From: an uncultured delta proteobacterium
GTDB lineage: Bacteria > Desulfobacterota > Desulfobacteria > Desulfobacterales > Desulfatirhabdiaceae
NCBI GenBank assembly: GCA_963789395.1
Contig: CAWBKP010000001.1
Span: forward strand, 1-49,590
DNA: 49,590 nucleotides
Direction: 5' to 3'
Shown: piece after piece, positions 9,579 to 21,387 of the stretch
Layout of the letters: each line of letters begins with the position of its first letter
Position numbering within the stretch: position 1 is the stretch's first letter
Translations under genes and position numbers: made by a program
The notes under the pieces: generated by a model
What the model was told of the DNA's origin: nothing
The model's input: the letters and a program-made list of their open reading frames with translations, nothing else
The model's database searches: none

Positions 9579-10910
9579 TTATGGTTTTCTGTTGCTGCGT
9601 TCCCGGAACATCATGCGGATCGGGGTATGTTTCAGCCCGAAGGCCCCGCGGATCTGGTTGATCAGGTAACGCTCGTAGGAAAAGTGAACCCCTTCGGGAA
9701 CATTGACAAAAGCCACAAAGGCAGGCGGTTTTGTGGAAACCTGCGCCGCATAATAAAACTTCAGGCGTTTTCCCTTGTACATCGAAGGTTCCTTATCCGC
9801 TGTCGCCTGCTCAAAAAGCTTGTTGAGCTGGCCCGTTCCGATCCGGGTGGCGTACTGGCCATAGACATCGTCCACCTGGCCGAAGATCGAAGGCACCCTC
9901 AGGCCCGTCAGCGCGGAAATGGTGATAACCGGCGCAAAATTCAGGAATTTGGCTTTATCCTTCAGTTCATCCAGATAGCGCTTCAGGGTCTTTTTGTCTT
10001 TTTCAACCCGGTCCCATTTATTAAGCAGGATGATACAGCCGCATCCTCTTTCATAAGCATATCCGGCCACATGGATATCCTGCTCGGTGATGCCTTCTTC
10101 AACATCCAGAACGATCAGGGCCACATCGCATCTGTCCATGCTTTTAAGGGATTTGATGATGGAGAATTTTTCAATTTTTTCATCGACCTTGGACTTGCGG
10201 CGGATCCCTGCCGTATCGATCAGAAGGTAGGATTTATCACCGCGATGGCACAAGGTGTCGATGGCATCGCGGGTGGTGCCGGGGACATCGCTGACGACCA
10301 GCCGGTCTTCTCCCAGAAGACGGTTGATCAGGGAGGATTTTCCCACATTCGGCCTTCCGACGACCGCAATTTTAACGATATCCTCAGGGAGTTGGCTGGA
10401 ACCACTCTCGGGATCGGCAGGAAAGGCCCGAATCAGCTCATCCAGGAAATCCGGAACCCCGTAATTGTGTTCGGCGGAAACCGGATACAATTCCTTGATA
10501 CCCAGGGAATAAAACTCGAATAGATTCACCTCGCGCTCAAGCCCGTCGATTTTATTCACCACATAAAAAACCGGCCGGGTAACATCGCGCAGGAGCTCAA
10601 TCACATCCCGGTCATAGGGCGAAACACCGGTCTTTCCATCCAGAACCATGACGATGACCGTGGCATTCTCAATGGCCTGCATGACCTGGCCGCGAACCAG
10701 GGGCGAAAATTCGTCGCCGTCTCCGGTTAAAAAACCGCCGGTATCCACAACCGAAAACGCCACATCTTCCCATGCCGCGTCGCCATAATGGCGGTCCCGG
10801 GTGACGCCGGGAGCATTGTCCACCAGGGCGTTTTTGGTCCGGGTGATGCGATTGAACAGCGTGGATTTTCCGACATTGGGCCTGCCAACAAGGGCTACAA
10901 CGGGTTTCAT
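9579..10910 (-). CDS. der: Ribosome biogenesis GTPase Der (EngA)
   Basis: Two GRPNVGKS P-loops, DTGG/DTAG, NKID/NKWD, C-terminal KH-like domain; start placed at MKPVVALVG. Confidence 0.97.
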   Translation of the reverse strand: MKPVVALVGRPNVGKSTLFNRITRTKNALVDNAPGVTRDRHYGDAAWEDVAFSVVDTGGFLTGDGDEFSPLVRGQVMQAIENATVIVMVLDGKTGVSPYDRDVIELLRDVTRPVFYVVNKIDGLEREVNLFEFYSLGIKELYPVSAEHNYGVPDFLDELIRAFPADPESGSSQLPEDIVKIAVVGRPNVGKSSLINRLLGEDRLVVSDVPGTTRDAIDTLCHRGDKSYLLIDTAGIRRKSKVDEKIEKFSIIKSLKSMDRCDVALIVLDVEEGITEQDIHVAGYAYERGCGCIILLNKWDRVEKDKKTLKRYLDELKDKAKFLNFAPVITISALTGLRVPSIFGQVDDVYGQYATRIGTGQLNKLFEQATADKEPSMYKGKRLKFYYAAQVSTKPPAFVAFVNVPEGVHFSYERYLINQIRGAFGLKHTPIRMMFRERSNRKP

Positions 10911-11132
10911 AAGGTTATCCAATTGAATGTTAAACATGAAGTCCGGAGCCTGTTTCATTTCAAATCTTTATAACAACTGTCATTCAGTCAGAATGAAAAT
11001 CGACAGGAAATCTCAACGCCTGAGTCTTCACCTATTATTAAAACTTTTTATTTTAGTTAACTTTTACACATCTTGCAATGAATATAACAATATGATAGAA
11101 CTTGTTGAAAAAACAAGCAATTGAGGAATCAC

Positions 11133-12423
11133 ATGAAACCCTATCTTTCCCCTGCCATTTCCCTGAATCAGTTCCATCAGGCAGCCGAACTGATTCACCC
11201 CCATATCATCCGTACCCCGCTGGTGCATTCCCCGACACTCAGCAGGATGTTTGACAGCGACATCTATCTAAAGCTTGAAAACCTTCAAAAAACCGGATCT
11301 TTCAAGATCCGCGGCGCGGCGTACAAAATTTTTTCCCGGAAAAACGAAATCCGCTCCGGCGGCGTGGTCGCAGCCTCTGCCGGCAATCATGCCCAGGGGG
11401 TATCCCTGGCTGCGTCCCTCGCAGGGATTTCTGCTACCATCGTCATGCCGGAATGGGCGTCCATTTCCAAGCAGGAAGCCACCTGCAATTACGGCGGGCA
11501 GGTCATTCTATGGGGTAAAAGCATCGGAGAAAGCCTTGAAAAAGCCAAAGAGATCGCAGCCGAAGGCAAAACCCTTATCCATCCCTTCGATGACGTCGAT
11601 ATCATTACGGGCCAGGGCACATTGGGTCTTGAAATCCTGGAAGAGCTTCCGGATACGCGGATGATTCTATGCGCCTGTCGGCGGGGGCGGGCTCATTTCC
11701 GGAATTGCGCTGGCTGCAAAAGCCCTGTCTTCAGGCGTTGAGATTATCGGCGTTCAGGCAGGCGTCTGTCCGTCCGCAGCGGAAGCGCTTCAGCGCGGCC
11801 ATGTCAAAACCGTGCACGCACAGCCATCCATTGCAGACGGCATCAGCGTCCGGCAGCTGGGAGAAGTGACATTCGAGGTCATTCGATCCTGCGTGGAACG
11901 CATCGCACTGGTGGATGAGGCCAGCATTGCCGGCGCCATCCTGATGCTTCTGGAGCGGAAAAAAATTCTGGCCGAAGGCGCCGGCGCCGTCCCCCTGGCC
12001 GCACTGTTAAACGGTTCGGTTTCGGCGCCCAGGGGCGGAAAAATTGTCCTGGTGATCAGCGGCGGCAATGTGGACAGCCCGCTTCTGGGAAGAATTCTCC
12101 ATCAAGGACTGCTAAAAAACGGCCGCATCATGCGGATTCAGGTTCAACTGGACGATACGCCCGGGTCGCTGGCAAGGCTTCTGGGGCTTGTCGCCCGCCG
12201 GAAAGCCAATGTGCTGCATATTTTTCATGACCGGAACGTCATGAATCTGCCGCTTTTTGTTACCAGCGTTTCTCTGGAGCTTGAAACCCGGGGAGCCCCC
12301 CACATTTCAGATGTATTTGAAGCAATTCAGCAGGCAGGATACCGGGTACTGGGAGGAAGCGATCACCCGGACTTTCCGCCGCCTTCCAGTATCTGCCGAA
12401 CAACCGCCACTGCCGCTTCATAG
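11133..12423 (+). CDS. ilvA: Threonine ammonia-lyase with C-terminal ACT domain; one frameshift near 11670
   Basis: KLENLQKTGSFKIRGA (PLP lysine), ASAGNHAQG; after an extra base the frame continues APVGGGGLISG, EGAGA, SGGNVD and an ACT domain (DTPGSL). Confidence 0.88.
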
Positions 12424-13052
12424 CGGATGAATTCGGTGTTGAACGTCAGATCATAATTGATGGGATCCGCAATTTCCGCATTAAAGGATTTACGAATAAA
12501 CGCCCGGCGCTTGGCCGCTGTCATGATCACCCGTTTTCTGGCTTCGTCTTCAGAAATGTTCAGCAGCCGGGAGGTGTTCTGGATGCGAAGCTCGACGGGC
12601 GCCACAACCCGAATGCTGAGTCTTTCATTCGGAGGCAGGATAAAATTGGCGCCCCGCCCGGCAATCACCGCCATGCCGTGTTTACCGATGACGCTGATGA
12701 CCTTCATGAGCTGTTCCAGATAAATTTCCGGCCACAGATAGCGCCTGCTGACAAGGGTTGCAATGAAATCCTCAATCCCCGAAAGGCGCTCTTTTTCAAT
12801 GGATTCAATCACCGATGCGCCGATATCGGCGCTGTCGGCGATCTCCCGGATAATGTCGCGCTGAAACAAATCGTATCCCATCTGCTCGGCAATGTTTTTG
12901 GCGATCACCTGACCACCGCTGCCGGGCTCAGACGAAACCGTTACCACCGTAATGCGGGACGGGTCGTGATTTCCGCCCGCATTCGGCCCGGCCCCCCATT
13001 TTTCCATCAGTGCGTGCATAAATTTATCAAATGAGCGATCGGAACTGTCCAT
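12363..13052 (-). CDS. Cytidylate kinase-like family protein
   Basis: VTVSSEPGSGG P-loop-like motif, VIAGRGANFILP, YDLTFNT; start placed at MDSSDR. Confidence 0.8.
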   Translation of the reverse strand: MDSSDRSFDKFMHALMEKWGAGPNAGGNHDPSRITVVTVSSEPGSGGQVIAKNIAEQMGYDLFQRDIIREIADSADIGASVIESIEKERLSGIEDFIATLVSRRYLWPEIYLEQLMKVISVIGKHGMAVIAGRGANFILPPNERLSIRVVAPVELRIQNTSRLLNISEDEARKRVIMTAAKRRAFIRKSFNAEIADPINYDLTFNTEFIRYEAAVAVVRQILEGGGKSG

Positions 13053-13270
13053 GTATATCCCTTCCTTGCCTGACCAATTGCCGTAAATTACGCCATTCTC
13101 GCGCCTGTTTTCTTTCATATAAACAATTTGGCGGCATGACAAGAAAAAAATGGCGGCCAATTATTTCTGTTCCAACCTTATTCAACCATGCTATAATTCG
13201 GGTATAATCTGCCATATTTCCAAAAACGCAATATAACTGCCGGGCCCGCCGGCCCGGTACGGAATCCGCC

Positions 13271-14485
13271 ATGACTGAAACCGATCTTACACAACTGCGC
13301 ATCGACAAATCCGGCATTCCGGACCGCGCTATCAACCGAAAGCGCTATATCCTCCCGGTTTTACTGGCGGGACTTTTCATCGCCGCGGGGTTGCTGTACC
13401 AGAAAGGATTCCTGACCCCTGCTGTCGAGGTTCAGACCGCCAGTGTACAGAAGCTTTACCCTTCTCAAACCTTTACAGTCCTGAACGCCAGCGGCTATGT
13501 GGTGGCTCAGCGCAAAGCCGCGGTCGCAACCAAAATCACCGGCAGGCTGGTGTATCTTGCGGTTGAGGAAGGAAGCCGGATTAAAAAAGGCGATATTATC
13601 GCCCGGCTCGAAAACGAAGACGCCGTTGCGGCAAAAGATCAGGCCCTGGCAAGCGTACAGGCGGCCCGGTTTCAACTGGAGCAGTCTCTGGCCGAGCTCA
13701 GCGATGCCACATTGTCCTATCAGCGCAGCAAGGAGCTTGTTGCGGCAGGGTATATCGCCAAGGCCGAATTTGACGCGGCCGATGCCCGGTTTAAACGGGC
13801 CGGGGCCGCGGCTCAGGCCGCCAAAGCCCTGGTATCAAACAGCCAGGCCGCCCTCAAGGGGGCTGAAGTCGCCCTGGATTACGCCAACCTTCGGGCGCCG
13901 TTTGACGCTGTTGTGCTGACCAAAAATGCCGATATCGGCGACATCGTCACCCCGCTCGGCGCTGCCGCCAATGCCAAGGCCGCGGTTGTGGACGTGGCGG
14001 ACATGGATTCGCTTAAAGTGGAAGTGGATGTATCCGAATCCAACATCGAAAAAGTCTTTACGGACCAGCCCTGCGAAATTTACCTGGATGCCCTGCCATC
14101 CGAACGCTTTGGCGGAAAGGTTCACATGATCGTCCCCACGGCCGACCGCACCAAGGCATCGATCATGGTAAAAGTATCCTTCGATACGTTAAGTCCGAAG
14201 ATTCTTCCGGAAATGAGCGCAAAAGTGGCCTTTTTAAGCCGGGAGATCACGGAAGCGGAAATGCAGCCGATAACGGCCGTTCCTGCTTCGGCCGTCGTTT
14301 ATCGAAACAATCAGACGATCGTATTCAGAATCTCAGGCGACAGAGCTGCCGGCGCCCAGGTCACCCTTGGCAGGCAGATGAACGGCATGGTCGAAATTCT
14401 GTCCGGCCTGAACGTCGGCGATAAAATTCTGGCCTCGCCATCCGAGAAGATCGTTGAAGGAACAAAGGTCAAGATTGCCCAGTAA
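13271..14485 (+). CDS. Efflux periplasmic adaptor (MacA/HlyD-like)
   Basis: N-terminal TM, ASGYVVAQRKAAV, coiled-coil hairpin, RAPFDAVV, VDVSESNI. Confidence 0.9.
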   Translation: MTETDLTQLRIDKSGIPDRAINRKRYILPVLLAGLFIAAGLLYQKGFLTPAVEVQTASVQKLYPSQTFTVLNASGYVVAQRKAAVATKITGRLVYLAVEEGSRIKKGDIIARLENEDAVAAKDQALASVQAARFQLEQSLAELSDATLSYQRSKELVAAGYIAKAEFDAADARFKRAGAAAQAAKALVSNSQAALKGAEVALDYANLRAPFDAVVLTKNADIGDIVTPLGAAANAKAAVVDVADMDSLKVEVDVSESNIEKVFTDQPCEIYLDALPSERFGGKVHMIVPTADRTKASIMVKVSFDTLSPKILPEMSAKVAFLSREITEAEMQPITAVPASAVVYRNNQTIVFRISGDRAAGAQVTLGRQMNGMVEILSGLNVGDKILASPSEKIVEGTKVKIAQ

Positions 14486-15188
14486 CCCCCCTGTTATCGA
14501 GATCACGGATCTGGTCAAATCCTATCGCCGGGGCACCCAGTCCATACCGGTTCTGGAACACCTCTGCCTGAACATCGAAGAAGGGCAGTTTCTGGCATTG
14601 ATGGGACCATCGGGTTCCGGGAAAAGCACCCTGCTAAACCTCATTGCGGGACTGGACCAGGCCGATTCCGGAAGCATCCGGGTCGGCGGCAGGGAGATCA
14701 CGGGCCTTTCTGAAATCGAGCTGGCGTCCTGGCGCGCCGGCCATGTGGGATTTATTTTTCAATTTTACAATCTGATTCCGGTGCTGACCGCATTTGAAAA
14801 TGTCGAACTTCCCCTGATGCTGACAGGCCTGTCAAAAAAAGCGCGAAAAGCGCACGTGCTCACGGCCCTTTCCCTGGTGAACCTGCTGGACCGGATGGAC
14901 CACTATCCCCGTCAGCTGTCCGGCGGCCAGCAGCAGCGGGTGGCCATTGCACGGGCCGTGGTCACGGACCCCACCCTTCTTGTGGCGGATGAACCCACGG
15001 GGGATCTCGACCGGCATTCCGCCGAAGAGGTTCTGCAACTCATGGACCAGCTCTGCGTCGAACTGGGAAAAACCATTGTCATGGTCACCCATGACCCCCG
15101 GGCTGCCGGAAAAGCCCATACCCTGAAATACCTGGAAAAAGGCGTTTTAGCCGATGCTCCTCAAATTGCTGTTCCGGAATGCTTTTAG
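14475..15188 (+). CDS. ABC transporter ATP-binding protein (MacB/LolD type)
   Basis: GPSGSGKST, LSGGQQQRVAIARA, ADEPTG, VTHD; start uncertain (TTG 14475; ORF from 14454). Confidence 0.93.
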   Translation: MPSNPPVIEITDLVKSYRRGTQSIPVLEHLCLNIEEGQFLALMGPSGSGKSTLLNLIAGLDQADSGSIRVGGREITGLSEIELASWRAGHVGFIFQFYNLIPVLTAFENVELPLMLTGLSKKARKAHVLTALSLVNLLDRMDHYPRQLSGGQQQRVAIARAVVTDPTLLVADEPTGDLDRHSAEEVLQLMDQLCVELGKTIVMVTHDPRAAGKAHTLKYLEKGVLADAPQIAVPECF

Positions 15189-16308
15189 GCACCGCCTGCG
15201 GAGCCTGCTGACCATCGGGGGCATTGCCGTGGCCATTCTGGCCTTCGGCCTGTTGCGAACCGTCATCAGCGCCTGGTATGCCGGCGTGGACGCCTCATCC
15301 GCCAGCCGTCTGGTCACCCGTAACGCCATTTCCCTGATCTTTCCCCTGCCCCTGTCCTACAAGGAAAAAATCCGTGGCGTTGACGGCGTCAGCGCCGTGT
15401 CCTACGGAAACTGGTTCGGGGGGATTTATATCGAAGAAAAAAACTTCTTTGCCAATTTCGCCGTTGAACCCAGATCCTATTTTGATCTGTACCCGGAATT
15501 TCTGTTGTCCGGCGATGAAAGCACCGCGTTTTTTCGGGATAGAAAGGCCTGCGTGGCCGGCCGGAAACTGGCCAGGCGCTTCGGCTGGAACATCGGGGAC
15601 ACCATCACGCTGCGGGGAACCATATTCCCGGGCAACTGGGATTTTGTCCTTCGCGGCATATACCGGGGAAAAGACAAGACCATTGACGAAAATCAGTTTT
15701 TTTTCCACTGGGACTACCTGAACGAAACCCTGCGCAAAACCGTCCCCCGCCGGGCGGATCAGGTGGGATTTTACATGATCGGCCTGAAACGGCCGGATCT
15801 GGCTGCCGCCACCTCCGAAGCCGTAGACCGGCTGTTTAAGAATTCCTATGCGGAAACCCTTACGGAAACCGAAAAAGCCTTCCAGATGAGCTTTGTTTCC
15901 ATGAGCGAGGCCATCATCACGGTCATTCTGCTGGTCTCTTACGTGATCATCGTCATTATCATGGCGGTTGCCGCCAATACCATGGCCATGTCGGTTCGCG
16001 AGCGCATGGGCGAGTTTGCGGTCTTCAAGACCCTTGGATTCGGCAGGGGATACCTTGCCGGTCTTATTCTGGGAGAATCCCTGACGCTGACGGCCATCGG
16101 CGGACTGCTGGGAATCGGCGTCACCTTTCCGGCGGCCGCAGCATTCGGACAGGCGGTCGGCCAGTTTTTTCCGATATTTCGGGTTTCCACGGAAACCCTT
16201 GTGATGGATGCGGCGGCAGCAGCCACCGTCGGGGTCGTGGCCGCCGTCATTCCGATTTGGCGGGTCGTTCAGGTGCGCATCGCGGACGGCCTGGGAAGGA
16301 TCGGGTAA
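15154..16308 (+). CDS. ABC transporter permease (MacB/FtsX-like)
   Basis: RSLLT N-terminal TM, periplasmic domain, ERMGEFAVFKTLGF, C-terminal TMs. Confidence 0.9.
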   Translation: MLLKLLFRNAFRHRLRSLLTIGGIAVAILAFGLLRTVISAWYAGVDASSASRLVTRNAISLIFPLPLSYKEKIRGVDGVSAVSYGNWFGGIYIEEKNFFANFAVEPRSYFDLYPEFLLSGDESTAFFRDRKACVAGRKLARRFGWNIGDTITLRGTIFPGNWDFVLRGIYRGKDKTIDENQFFFHWDYLNETLRKTVPRRADQVGFYMIGLKRPDLAAATSEAVDRLFKNSYAETLTETEKAFQMSFVSMSEAIITVILLVSYVIIVIIMAVAANTMAMSVRERMGEFAVFKTLGFGRGYLAGLILGESLTLTAIGGLLGIGVTFPAAAAFGQAVGQFFPIFRVSTETLVMDAAAAATVGVVAAVIPIWRVVQVRIADGLGRIG

Positions 16309-16320
16309 AGAAACCGGCAA

Positions 16321-17487
16321 ATGAATCTGCTCTTTTTCTACAGCTTGAGAAACCTTCTCACCCGAAGGCTGACCACAACCCTCACCGCGCTTGGCATGGC
16401 CCTTGTGGTGTTTGTGTTTGCGGCCATCATCATGCTGGCCGAAGGGCTTCAGAAAACCCTGATCGATACGGGTTCCTACAATAACGTCGTGGTTGTTCGA
16501 AAATCCTCGGGATCAGAAGTTCAGAGCGGCATTGACCGGCTTCAGGCTGCCATTGTCGAAACCCAGCCGGAGATCGGTTCGGGGCAGGACGGCAAACAAC
16601 TGGTCGCCAAGGAAATGGTGGTGCTGATCACCCTGGAAAAGCAGGGCTCTTCCAGCCGGTCCAATGTGGTGATTCGAGGTGTTTCGGATGCTTCATTGCC
16701 CTTGCGGCCCCAGGTTCGACCCGTTGCCGGGCGACTGCCCCGGCCGGGCTCATCTGAAATCATGGTCGGCAAAAGCATCGCAAAAAGGTTCAAAGGCGCG
16801 GGACTGGGTGAATCCCTGTTTTTTGCCCAGCGATCCTGGCGGGTTGTCGGCATATTTGATGCCGGTTCAACCGGCTACAGCTCAGAGATCTGGGGAGATG
16901 TCAACCAGTTGATGCCTGCATTCCGAAGGCCCGTATTTTCCTCCATTTTGTTCAATTTAAGGGATTCGGGCCAATTCGAAGCCGTGAAATCCCGGATACA
17001 GAACGATCCGCGGCTGACCCTGGAGGCCAAGCGTGAAACCGTTTACTACAAAGAACAGTCCGAAGCCATGGCCACGTTTTTACGGATACTGGGTCTGTCG
17101 CTGACCATTGTTTTTTCCATCGGCGCGGTGGTCGGTGCCATGATTACCATGTATTCGGCAGTCGCCACGCGGACCGGAGAAATCGGCACCCTGCGCGCCC
17201 TGGGGTTCCGCCAAGCCGCCATTTTATCGGCATTCCTGCTGGAATCCCTGCTCCTCGGGGCCATCGGCGGATGCACGGGACTTTTTTTCGCCGCTTTTCT
17301 TCAGTTGTTCACGGTATCCACCACCAATTTTCAAACTTTTTCCGAACTGGCCTTCAGCTTTGCCCTGACCCCCGGCATCGTGATCAAATCCCTGGCGTTT
17401 TCACTGATCATGGGCTTTGCCGGCGGCGTGCTCCCGGCTTTTCGCGCATCCCGGATGAATATCATCACCGCGCTCCGGGAAGCGTAA
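16321..17487 (+). CDS. ABC transporter permease (MacB/FtsX-like)
   Basis: N-terminal TM, RTGEIGTLRALGF, PAFRASRMNIITALR. Confidence 0.9.
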   Translation: MNLLFFYSLRNLLTRRLTTTLTALGMALVVFVFAAIIMLAEGLQKTLIDTGSYNNVVVVRKSSGSEVQSGIDRLQAAIVETQPEIGSGQDGKQLVAKEMVVLITLEKQGSSSRSNVVIRGVSDASLPLRPQVRPVAGRLPRPGSSEIMVGKSIAKRFKGAGLGESLFFAQRSWRVVGIFDAGSTGYSSEIWGDVNQLMPAFRRPVFSSILFNLRDSGQFEAVKSRIQNDPRLTLEAKRETVYYKEQSEAMATFLRILGLSLTIVFSIGAVVGAMITMYSAVATRTGEIGTLRALGFRQAAILSAFLLESLLLGAIGGCTGLFFAAFLQLFTVSTTNFQTFSELAFSFALTPGIVIKSLAFSLIMGFAGGVLPAFRASRMNIITALREA

Positions 17488-17540
17488 AAAAACGATAAAA
17501 CTGAAGGCGGGCCCGTGAGCGCCAACGCCACCTTTTTTAT

Positions 17541-17575
17541 TCTGTCGTCCGTCGTCTGTTCTCTGTCGTCTGTTC
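17541..17575. repeat. Degenerate 7-mer tandem repeat (5 copies)
   Basis: TCTGTCG TCCGTCG TCTGTTC TCTGTCG TCTGTTC. Confidence 0.75.
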
Positions 17576-17742
17576 TTCAAATTCCCGTTTGTCTGTCTTG
17601 ACAGTTGGGGCAAAATGATTAGATTTTAGGCAAAATGCGATCCATATCAATATAAGTATTTAATATTAATGGTTATACAATATCATTGGACCCACACTGA
17701 TCTTTAACCAACCACAGGAGAAGAAAGGAGCATCGATCAGCA

Positions 17743-18030
17743 ATGAAGATCAGACCCATGAACGACAATGTGCTGGTGTTACGCGTTGAGGAAGAACAAA
17801 AAACCGCAGGCGGCATCATCATCCCCGATACCGCCAAGAAAAAGCCCCAGGAAGGCAAAGTGATCGCCACAGGCACCGGAAAATCCGGCAAGGACGGCAA
17901 ACGGATCCCCCTGGATGTCAAGGCCGGAGACCGCATTTTGTTTTCCAAATACGCCGGAACCGAAATCCGGATCAACGGCGTCGAGCACATATTCATGAAA
18001 GAAACGGACATACTGGCAATATTTGAATAA
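17743..18030 (+). CDS. groES: Co-chaperonin GroES
   Basis: [38 protein letters not shown]. Confidence 0.97.
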   Translation: MKIRPMNDNVLVLRVEEEQKTAGGIIIPDTAKKKPQEGKVIATGTGKSGKDGKRIPLDVKAGDRILFSKYAGTEIRINGVEHIFMKETDILAIFE

Positions 18031-18050
18031 ATGACAAAACTGGAGGATAA

Positions 18051-19688
<1,638 letters not shown>

Positions 19689-19697
19689 TTCTCGATG

Positions 19698-19737
19698 TGT
19701 TCAGGCCGGGGGCGCATTGCATGTTCTGGCCTGAACA
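19698..19737. terminator. Hairpin downstream of groEL
   Basis: TGTTCAGGCC...GGCCTGAACA 10-bp inverted repeat. Confidence 0.55.
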
Positions 19738-19762
19738 AAAACGCCTCAAACCGATCCTGATC

Positions 19763-20035
19763 ATGAAACGCTCCGCTGCCAAGCGCCGGGAATGCACTTG
19801 AGCGCATTTCCGGCGTTGGATCCGGCATTTCCAGGGACCTTATGGACCTTGGCATTCACCGGGTTTCCGACCTTTGCCATCAAGACCCCGAACAGCGCTG
19901 CCAGTCGTCATGTCACCACAGGGCAAATGCCGTCGACCGCTGCGTATGTATGTGTTCAGGTGTGCCGTTTTTTTGCCAGCCATCAAAATCATCATCCGGA
20001 ACTCTTAATGGTGGAACTGGAAAGACCATCCATAA
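19763..20035 (+). pseudogene. Degraded helix-hairpin-helix protein of the Cdd1 (pathogenicity locus) family
   Basis: Stitched across frames: LERISGVGSGISRDLMDLGIHRVSDLCHQDPE...VDRCV / YVFRCAV / FASHQNHHPELL / WWNWKD*. Several frameshifts in about 270 bp. Confidence 0.7.
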
Positions 20036-20281
20036 AAAGTCGACATTTTTTCAATCTGTAAAATCGTCATCTTCCCAAGCCTGATTTCATTGCGCCTTCT
20101 GACCCCATAGCCGGAAATTGCCCCACAGCCAAAGCGCCTGACACAATGCCATGCGGAAACCAGCTTTTTCCTAAATGTATATTTTGTTATTGCATGCTTT
20201 TTGCATTTACATTACCAGACAAGATAACGGTTTCCCGCACGAAATCCAAAATTGCAAGTTCTGGAACGGAGGGATTCCATG

Positions 20282-20749
20282 ATGTATCAAACCCTTTTGG
20301 TTCCTTTGGACGGCTCCCCCAGAGCCGAGAGAATTCTCCCCCATGTCTGGGATCTGGCCATGCAGTTCAAGTCAAAGGTCATTTTTCTTCTGGTTGTGGA
20401 AGCACCCCTTCAGTTTATGGCCCCATCCCTGTGTGAAAACATCATCCAGGCCGATGTCATCCATGACTATATAGAAAATTACAACCGCAAAAAAGAAGAA
20501 ATTACCGCTTATCTGGCCGGTTTACAGGCGGGTTTTCGAAAAAAAGGAATCGAGACCAGAATTTTTATCGAAGAAGGGGATGTGGTGGAAACCGTCATCG
20601 CTGTCGCCAAGCGGGAAAATGCGGAACTGATCGCCATTGCCAGTCATGGCCGAAGCGGGTTATCCCGTGTATTTTACGGCAGCGTGGCTGCCGGCATCAT
20701 GCATAAAATCGACCGGCCCATCTTGATTATTCGAACGCGAAAGGATTAA
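20282..20749 (+). CDS. Universal stress protein (copy 1)
   Basis: 155 aa from MYQTLLVPLDGS; IASHGRSG...GSVA motif. Confidence 0.92.
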   Translation: MYQTLLVPLDGSPRAERILPHVWDLAMQFKSKVIFLLVVEAPLQFMAPSLCENIIQADVIHDYIENYNRKKEEITAYLAGLQAGFRKKGIETRIFIEEGDVVETVIAVAKRENAELIAIASHGRSGLSRVFYGSVAAGIMHKIDRPILIIRTRKD

Positions 20750-20802
20750 TTGAAATCCGATTCTCATTTCCGCAAACACAGAATAAATAAAGGAGGTGCA
20801 CG

Positions 20803-21270
20803 ATGTATCAGACAATATTGGTACCCCTGGACGGTTCCCCCAGAGCCGAGAGCATTCTTCCCCATGTTGAAAATCTGGCCCTGCAGTTCAAGTCAAAAGT
20901 CTTTTTTCTTCAGGTCGTGGAACCGGCGCTTCAATTTGTCAATCCTTCCCTGTATGAAACCACCATTCAGGCGGATATCCTCCACGAATACATCGTTGAT
21001 TTTAAACGAAAGAAAGAAGAAATCAGCGCCTATCTGGCCGTCATTCAGGAGGGTTTTCAAAAAAAAGGAATCGAGGCCGACATTATTGTCGAGCAGGGCG
21101 CTGTGGTGGAAACCGTCATCGCTGTCGCCCAGAGGGAAAATGTGGAACTGATCGCCATCGCCAGCCATGGCCGAAGCGGGTTATCCCGTGTATTTTACGG
21201 CAGCGTGGCTGCCGGCATCATGCATAAAATCGACCGGCCCATCTTGATTATTCGATCCGAAACCGCATAA
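20803..21270 (+). CDS. Universal stress protein (copy 2)
   Basis: 155 aa, ILVPLDGS, IASHGRSGLSRVFYGSVA; RBS AAGGAGG. Confidence 0.93.
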   Translation: MYQTILVPLDGSPRAESILPHVENLALQFKSKVFFLQVVEPALQFVNPSLYETTIQADILHEYIVDFKRKKEEISAYLAVIQEGFQKKGIEADIIVEQGAVVETVIAVAQRENVELIAIASHGRSGLSRVFYGSVAAGIMHKIDRPILIIRSETA

Positions 21271-21387
21271 TTCATTGTTGTTAACCTATCAATCCAGCTG
21301 AGACGGCAGTTACCCTGCAAGGGGAATGCGTTTTATTAAACCGGGACTTGAAACTGAGCCCTATTCACGCAAAGGAGTTATTCCAAC

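Noticed and set aside
9435..10523. 362-aa plus-strand ORF
   Set aside because: Antisense shadow of der/rarA.
15295..16320. 341-aa minus-strand ORF
   Set aside because: Antisense shadow of the ABC permease.
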